A DNA stretch of 64,000 bases from Eledone cirrhosa (taxonomy: Eukaryota): positions 83,204,001 through 83,268,000 of the forward strand of contig OZ024742.1 of NCBI GenBank assembly GCA_964016885.1, read 5' to 3'. The notes beneath the pieces were generated by a model, which worked only from the letters and a program-made list of their open reading frames with translations, had not been told where the DNA came from and ran no database searches. How positions within the stretch are numbered: the stretch's first letter is position 1; each line of letters opens with the position of its first letter. This document shows positions 55,821-64,000 of the stretch, piece after piece. The translations under genes and the position numbers were made by a program.

Positions 55821-58800
55821 CACTTAACTCCAAACTACACCACTGAAACAACAACACACAGATACAGCTGAAAAATAATAAATCTACAGCTTTTAACGGC
55901 AAATGCTAAATAGATTATTTGCCGGAGATCACCAGTCAGACTGTCGTCAATTCAATATGAAAGGCCTAATCTCCGTTATAACACCCCGACAAATGATCAT
56001 GTTGAGAGAAACTGGAGATCTGAATGGGAAACAAATGATGATATCAACAAATCAGCGTGTGGCTAAATGAAGTGGAGTATCACTACTGCCAGTATATCCA
56101 TCAATAGTAATACAAAATAGATGATGGAATACTGAGAACAGCTCTACAGAAAATGTCAAAGGTCATGACTGGTTAAGTAGGACAGCGCATGTGAATTAGA
56201 ATATGGTGACAATTGGAAATATATTAAATATAATTGGAATATTTCACTATAAATTTACTATAGAAAATAGTCCAATATTAGGGCATATGAATCCGCATAA
56301 TAGAAAAAATAGTCATTAGCTTGCGTGTGAATCAAACTACGCACGCCGATGACCATTTCTCGCTTATGGGGCTTCATATACCCTAATATTGGACACTTTT
56401 TGATACTAAATTTACAGTGAAAGCCTCTAATTCCCTTTTCATCATTTTCATTCGTCACCGTCCGAAAATACTGAATAAAAAGGATATATATATATATATT
56501 CATTTTATTATAGAAATGACGTCTACGCGGCTAGAACATTTTCATTCGTAAGAAATCATTCAGAAAATAAGAAACTTTTTGTCAGTTTCAGTTTTCATAA
56601 TTTCTTTGGAATGGGTGTTGGCGGCACTGATTAAAGCGGGAAGGGGTTGATAATGTGGGATGGATAGATAGAGAAGTATGCGGCGCTTCAACATGGTAAA
56701 ATTAGTAACCGGCATAGGAAAGATTTTAGGCTTTTAAAATGAGTTAGATATAGAATAATATTGATATACACTAGATTCAGAAGGAGTATTCAATTGAATG
56801 TTTAAATAATTTAGATAAATAGGCCAGTATATATAACGTTTACTATGGTGTAAATGAGATTATTCCATACAGATCTCTATTTATTCTTGATATCATAAAA
56901 AAGGTCAACCCCATATATCTGTAATTCACAACTTAATAATCTTATGCAATGCTGTTGGCTACTCATTGAGCAGTCTGATTTAATAGGAATATTTAAGGAC
57001 GTTCAATTTACACTTGGCCATTAGCACTAACTTAACGATAGCTAAAATCTTTGACATAACAAATTATTAAAACATAGACAAACACTATCCTTCCAGAAAA
57101 ACAAATAAGAATATCGCAGCAGGGACAGTTTGCATTGTTTAGTATGAAAATAATCAGAAACAGGTGTTAAAAATGGGACTTTTATGCTTTATTACAGAAT
57201 GACAATAAATCACGGCGAAACTTGAAATACTTCACAGACGTTTGCAGTGCGTCCACATTTGCAACAAAAATAGAATAGGTAATGTGCATATATTCAAGCG
57301 GGCTTAATTAGGAAGTGTAGTTATGTTTAGAATAATGTTAGAGAATTGTTGAAGAGAATTTATTATTTAAGTTTAGCGAAGAAATTATAAATTCGGCATG
57401 CAGATATTAGCGTTTGAGAAAAATAAACGAAGTTATTATATCGAAGCCATTAACATATTTATAGACATAATATAAGAAATTAATTTATCACATACCGTTT
57501 ATAGAATGAAAATATATATAATAGTTTGGCATGCACTATGACGAATTCAAATGGGGTGTATATATCCTGTATTTGTTAGTGTGTGCTAACGACTAGGAGA
57601 ATTAAATATGATTATCATGTAATTGTTATCATACTTCACACATTATTATTGTAGAGATTTTAGCGGTGGTTCATTATGATTTAGTTTACGATAAACAGCG
57701 GCAACATATATCAAATTATTATTGGTATTCTATAACTATTCGTTAAATTTGTACAAATAGAGAAAACATAATAAGATTAGATTGTCATTTTATTATTTTA
57801 CGAGAGAATTTGCAAGATTCTTCAACAGTTTATGCTATAGATTGAATGTATTTCACTCGATAAATGTTACATTAGGATGTGTTAATTATTGAAACACATT
57901 GATTTAAATTAATGTATAAATATATTTAGAAGAAAATGAAAGGAGACAAATGGAAAGATGAATAAATGAAAGGAATTTCGCTATATCTAGGATGACTTAT
58001 TTAATTAAATATCTTAAGGTGGCATTTATAATGAACGAACGTTCTCTGAAATTCTTATAAACACGGTATCATATAAAGCAAAGTAAAATGAGTATATTTT
58101 AATGAGAATAAAGATAAATAAACTTTAATTGGTGTCGAAGGTGACTGTAACAGTAGGTCTTTCAGGAATGACTTACACGATTAACGTGTTTTTTACAGAA
58201 ACGTGTATATTTAAAGTAACTTTTATGATATCGGTGTAGAAAAGGTGTGACAAGAATAGCCTCGTTGTTTTTAGGGGTCCGAAATGTTTTATTCCACCCA
58301 ACTCCAACTAGAATACATTGGTCATCCCGGGGTTATACCAAAAGTCACTTACCCAAGATTTCATGCATATGGAACCGTACTTAGGCCTTACTTTTGTGAA
58401 GCGAGTTTTCTAAGCAATCAGACATGTTAAGGTGACTCACATTGTGGTTTATGCAATGGTGTACACTAATTTGTTATGAAAAATTACTCTCCTTGGGAAT
58501 GCGACATGGTATTTTCCCGATTTACGTAGAAAAAATTTTCAGACCGTTTATTACTTCCTATTTTGAGTGGAATCGGGTTAAATTAGGATGTGTTTAAGCA
58601 TTGTTATAAATAGGATTTAAAATTTATAAACTTAAAATAAGTTTATATGCCGAAATGATATTATATGATATGATAAGATTAGAGGGCAAATTCAAGGCAG
58701 GTGAACTTGTTTTCTTTTCATTCATATTTGGTCGTAATTATTCCGGTTCTTTGCACTTTAAGTACACTACTAACGACGTCAATATAAATGTTACGTCTCT

Positions 58801-58956
58801 CCCAGTCGAGAAATAGATTTACAACCAATTAGTGTGGTCTAATCTACATTTTCTTGCTTTCTTTCCTCTTCTCTCTCTCTCTCTCTTTCTCTCTCTCACT
58901 TTCTCTCTCTCTCTTTCTCTCTCACTCTCTCTCTCTCTCTCGCTATATATATATAT

Positions 58957-59094
58957 ATAGGATACTAGTCTCGCACGTTCACCTTGTAGAATATTGTAGT
59001 TAATTAGTTAATTCCAGGAGAGTGTGTGTGAAAGTGAGTGATATATATGTATATCTATCTATCTATCTATCTATCTAGCTCTCACTCTCTCTCC

Positions 59095-59133
<39 letters not shown>

Positions 59134-59531
59134 TATAATGGTAGCTAAGATGCTTCCATAGGCGGTATGCCGGTTGAGCACTCTATGCTCCTACGGAGCA
59201 GAGTATTATAGAATGGAAAACGAAAAATCAGTGATGCATCGGAACTCAATTTATTGTGTGTGACAATTGTTTCCCCGGCGAACAGCTCGAGGTGCGATCA
59301 TTGTGTGGATCTGTCTGACTCAAGTCTCGCAGGTTCTTCGGACACGTCTAATGATCCGAAATCAAAAGACGTATCCGAGGAACCTGCGAGACGAGAGTCT
59401 GGTAGATCCACACATGGATCGCACCTCGAGCTGTTCGCCGGGGAAACAATTGTCACACACAATAAATTGAGTTCCGATGCATCACTGATCTTTCGTTTTC
59501 CATTATATATATATATATATATATATATACA

Positions 59532-59562
<31 letters not shown>

Positions 59563-59641
59563 CACTCACTTTCACACACACTTTCTCCTGGAATTAGCTA
59601 CAATATTCTACAAGGGGAACGTGCGAAACTAGTATCCTATT
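58957..59641. mobile_element. Nested palindromic elements: outer ~85 bp inverted arms, inner ~295 bp palindrome with tail
   Basis: Outer arms 58957-59045 and 59559-59641. Inner palindrome 59212-59504. Microsatellites between the layers. Confidence 0.9.
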
Positions 59642-60314
59642 TTTCCAAGAAATGCTAAAATTTACAAAAAAGAAAATATAGACTTTAAAGCTGTCCGTGT
59701 AGGTTTACATTTTTTCTACATCAACAACAAAAAGGAAAACAACCTTGATACCCGCTCAAATAACAATACTAAGAATTTTAATTGCAGTAACACAGCAGAA
59801 CGAGAATTGTTATTTATAATGAAATAGTTGACCACGTTGAATTTAACGATTTAATTAGGAAAAAACCCAGCAAGTGTTAAACATCAAAATGACAATTTAA
59901 AATTTCATTTATAAATTGTATATTTTCTAATCTACCAGTCTCTTAGTGCTGAAGGAGACCATCACCATTCTATTAATGTCGATATAATTCTTATATCGAT
60001 ATTATTTGGGCATCCACTAATGAGTTTATAAGAGCCCGCTTGTGTATAAAACTATGGAGTATATACAAGTTTCTACATAACCTGGAAATTATTTATCCAA
60101 AATTGTAGAAATCTTATAACGAAACGGCCGTCTGGAAGGAAAGCGATATTTATTTAATAATGTCTCATATAAAATAATACAACCAGCTATCCACGATATA
60201 CTGATTAGTTAGCACCCCAAACACTAAATTGGGGAAACACTTAGGTATATCCTAATGTTTGTTGAGTGAGATGGAGTTGGTCGGAGTATCGCTTAAGGCT
60301 TTCTCTGTTTATGT

Positions 60315-60363
<49 letters not shown>

Positions 60364-60838
60364 TTAAATAATATACACATCGGGAAATTAAAATTTCCGG
60401 CGTTGCCACTAACAACAATGCCTCTCACTCTCTCGTTCTCTCTCTCTCACTCTCACTTTCTCTCTCTCTCTTCTCTCTTCCCTCTTTCACATACAAATAC
60501 ACTCTTCTCATTCCATGTTCACAAAGAATTTTTAAGGCGCTGAATTAAAAATATTTTCGACATTGTCTTCATCTCCACCACTTTTACTCTTCATATCTCT
60601 CTTTCCCTATTTTTCTCTTTCTTTCTCCCTCACACACTCCATTCACCCGTTTTCTCTCTCACACACTCCACTCAACCACTTTCTATAAAAACTTGTATTG
60701 ACATGAAATTAAAAATAAATCTCGACGCTGCCGCCACCACCCAAACATCTCTCTTTCTGTTTTTGTTTCTCTCTCTCATACCATCTATCTATTTCTCCAT
60801 ATGCCTCACATCTCTGCACTGATTCATTACACATACAT

Positions 60839-60937
<99 letters not shown>

Positions 60938-61389
60938 CATATACATATATATATACATATATATATACATATATCTCTCTGTTTCTCTTACCTTCTTTCG
61001 CCCCCTCTGTCAGTTACACTTTCTCTCGACTGACCTCTTCCTCGCACTTCCACTCACTCACTCTCTGTTTCTCCCCTTCTCACTTCCTCCCGTTCGCTAG
61101 TAGTGGGGTTCCTTCTTTCTCACACCTCATTCACGGCGTACGGTCTGCTTCTCTGACCGCTCATGAAATTCACCCAGCTTATGCTGATCGGATAACCATC
61201 ATGTTGCTTGCTGTTTTTCCAACCTTCGGTTTGCTTTTCCTTCTTATTGTTTACTTGTCTCACTCGCTTTACGCGTTTCATTTGTCCCAATAGGTATCTG
61301 ATTTTTAATGCGATGAAATACCAATGATGGTTGGCAAATCACTGATGAGGGACTAATTTTATAATATGTAATCCATGTGCAACCACGCA

Positions 61390-61564
61390 GTATTCCTCTC
61401 CCTACATGGACACACTAGAAGAGGAAGACCAAGGTTAACGTATGTTGATGCCCTAAGGACAAACACTGGTCTGTTGGACATGCGGGACATGGCAGCGATA
61501 ATGAGGGACAGAGACCGCTGGAGAGAACTCGTCCATGGATCTCGGGAATTTTACCCGCCTTAGA

Positions 61565-61565
<1 letters not shown>
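61390..61565 (+). mobile_element. RTE LINE 3' end fragment
   Basis: [28 protein letters not shown] followed by a TAGA/TA tail. Confidence 0.75.
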
Positions 61566-62720
<1,155 letters not shown>

Positions 62721-62741
62721 ACAAAAATCACTTAATTTTTA

Positions 62742-63410
62742 TTTTTTATAATTTTCTTATTTTACGTCTCTCATATTATTGTTCTGCATCCCCATGCATT
62801 GAACCACAAAGTTACTAAGACAAAACCTATATATTTGCTGGCATAGGTATGCATCTGTATATATATGTTAGTAAATATACTAATTCTTTATAATTAACTC
62901 CAAATTATTTTGTCGAGCCAAAATTGGCCAAAACTGCTATTATAGTTCATAGTAACAGTCCGGCTGCTCTCTTTTTAACAAACCACTCTTCACTGATTGA
63001 CCTCGATGTCACGTGATTGATTCTTTTGAATTTGACACCAACGCAGAAGGCAGTGATTTTTTCAATGACTTGGAACTTAGTCCACGCTTTGCTTTTTTCC
63101 ATCCACTGAATTATTTTTGTATAAGTTCCCTGTGTCCACGTATTGCCTGGAAACTTAGCTGAGAATAGACTTCCCTGATGACGAAAGGCTTCTCCGTACG
63201 TTTCTTCGGAAACTACGTTTATTCCCTTTCAGAAACTAATTAGTTGGAGTGAAATTTTAGTAAGTAAGTTAATTTTTATAATTTTCTTATTTTACATCTC
63301 TCATATTATTATTCTGCATCCCCATGCATTGAACCACAAAGTTACTAAGACAAATAATATATATATATAAAGAATTAGTATATTTACTAACATATATATA
63401 CACATGCATA

Positions 63411-63415
<5 letters not shown>
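62742..63415 (+). mobile_element. Non-autonomous hammerhead-bearing element with direct repeats and terminal inverted segment
   Basis: Direct repeats ~62742-62823 and ~63272-63353. 63367-63414 is the inverse of 62843-62891. TA-rich flanks. Confidence 0.75.
63169..63250 (+). ncRNA. Type I hammerhead ribozyme with long stem II
   Basis: ACUUCC CUGAUGA C GAAAGG..CCUUUC A GAAA CUAAUUAG UU GGAGU. Palindromic stem III ACUAAUUAGU. Confidence 0.68.
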
Positions 63416-63447
<32 letters not shown>

Positions 63448-63950
63448 GTGACCTCTACGCCGCTGAGGCCCTGGAAATACTCTACGCCTGAGATAACATC
63501 TTAAACAAAAAATCTGAGGCAATTTCGGCTTGTAAACATAAATTGCACAAAACTTATAGTACGATCTATACGTCTTGATGTGGTAGCTAAGTATATGTTA
63601 TGTTTATACTATTACTTATTTATATAGGTAAGTATATATTACCTGTATGTTTTGTGAAGGTACGTATCCTTTCTCATACGTATATTTGCTTGTGTATGTT
63701 ATGGCGTATATATTATATATACTGGTACATGTGCATTTGGTTATGTGTATACGTGGGTTTTGCGTCTGTCTATGTGAGTATGCGGGTTCGTACGTATGTA
63801 GGGTGTGTGTATATGTGTATTTTGCGTTTTGGTTGACGTACGTCTGCGAACTTATGTGTATTTACATGTAGGTATGTGTGTGTGGGCATTATATACGTAT
63901 TTATGTGTGTATATTTATATACCTTTATTTAATTATATGTATACACGCAG

Positions 63951-63985
<35 letters not shown>

Positions 63986-64000
63986 AAGAATTAATATATC

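Larger units (their letters stand above)
52790..56165 (+). mobile_element. Decayed R4/Dong-like 5' region interrupted by an LTR element
   Basis: 52790-53539 and 55821-56165 are collinear with ~46140-47310. Confidence 0.8.

Overview
AT-rich, microsatellite-dense eukaryotic DNA made almost entirely of mobile elements. I found no supportable host gene. The SINE family and repeat landscape suggest a cephalopod such as Octopus (inference). Contents: R4/Dong-type RT+RLE LINEs, nearly always bounded by (CATA)n and forming a head-to-tail array at 45.4-56.2 kb; a decayed Tx1/L1-type LINE plus a second ORF1 relic; RTE fragments; tRNA-derived SINEs; a non-autonomous Helitron; a non-autonomous Gypsy-type LTR element (tRNA-Trp PBS, CACT TSD); and several Penelope-like elements (PLEs), one near-intact (RT+GIY-YIG). 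The most striking signal is a set of small non-coding elements from several unrelated sequence families, mostly abutting (TA)n. They carry type I hammerhead ribozyme (HHR) motifs with palindromic stem III. They form a graded series: minimal HHRs, then HHRs with a long stem II, then hairpins with one full and one half HHR, then perfect palindromes keeping only the GAAAC...GUC half. Several unrelated elements also show the same terminal inversion anchored in (TA)n. All RNA structures were read by eye, not computed or assayed.
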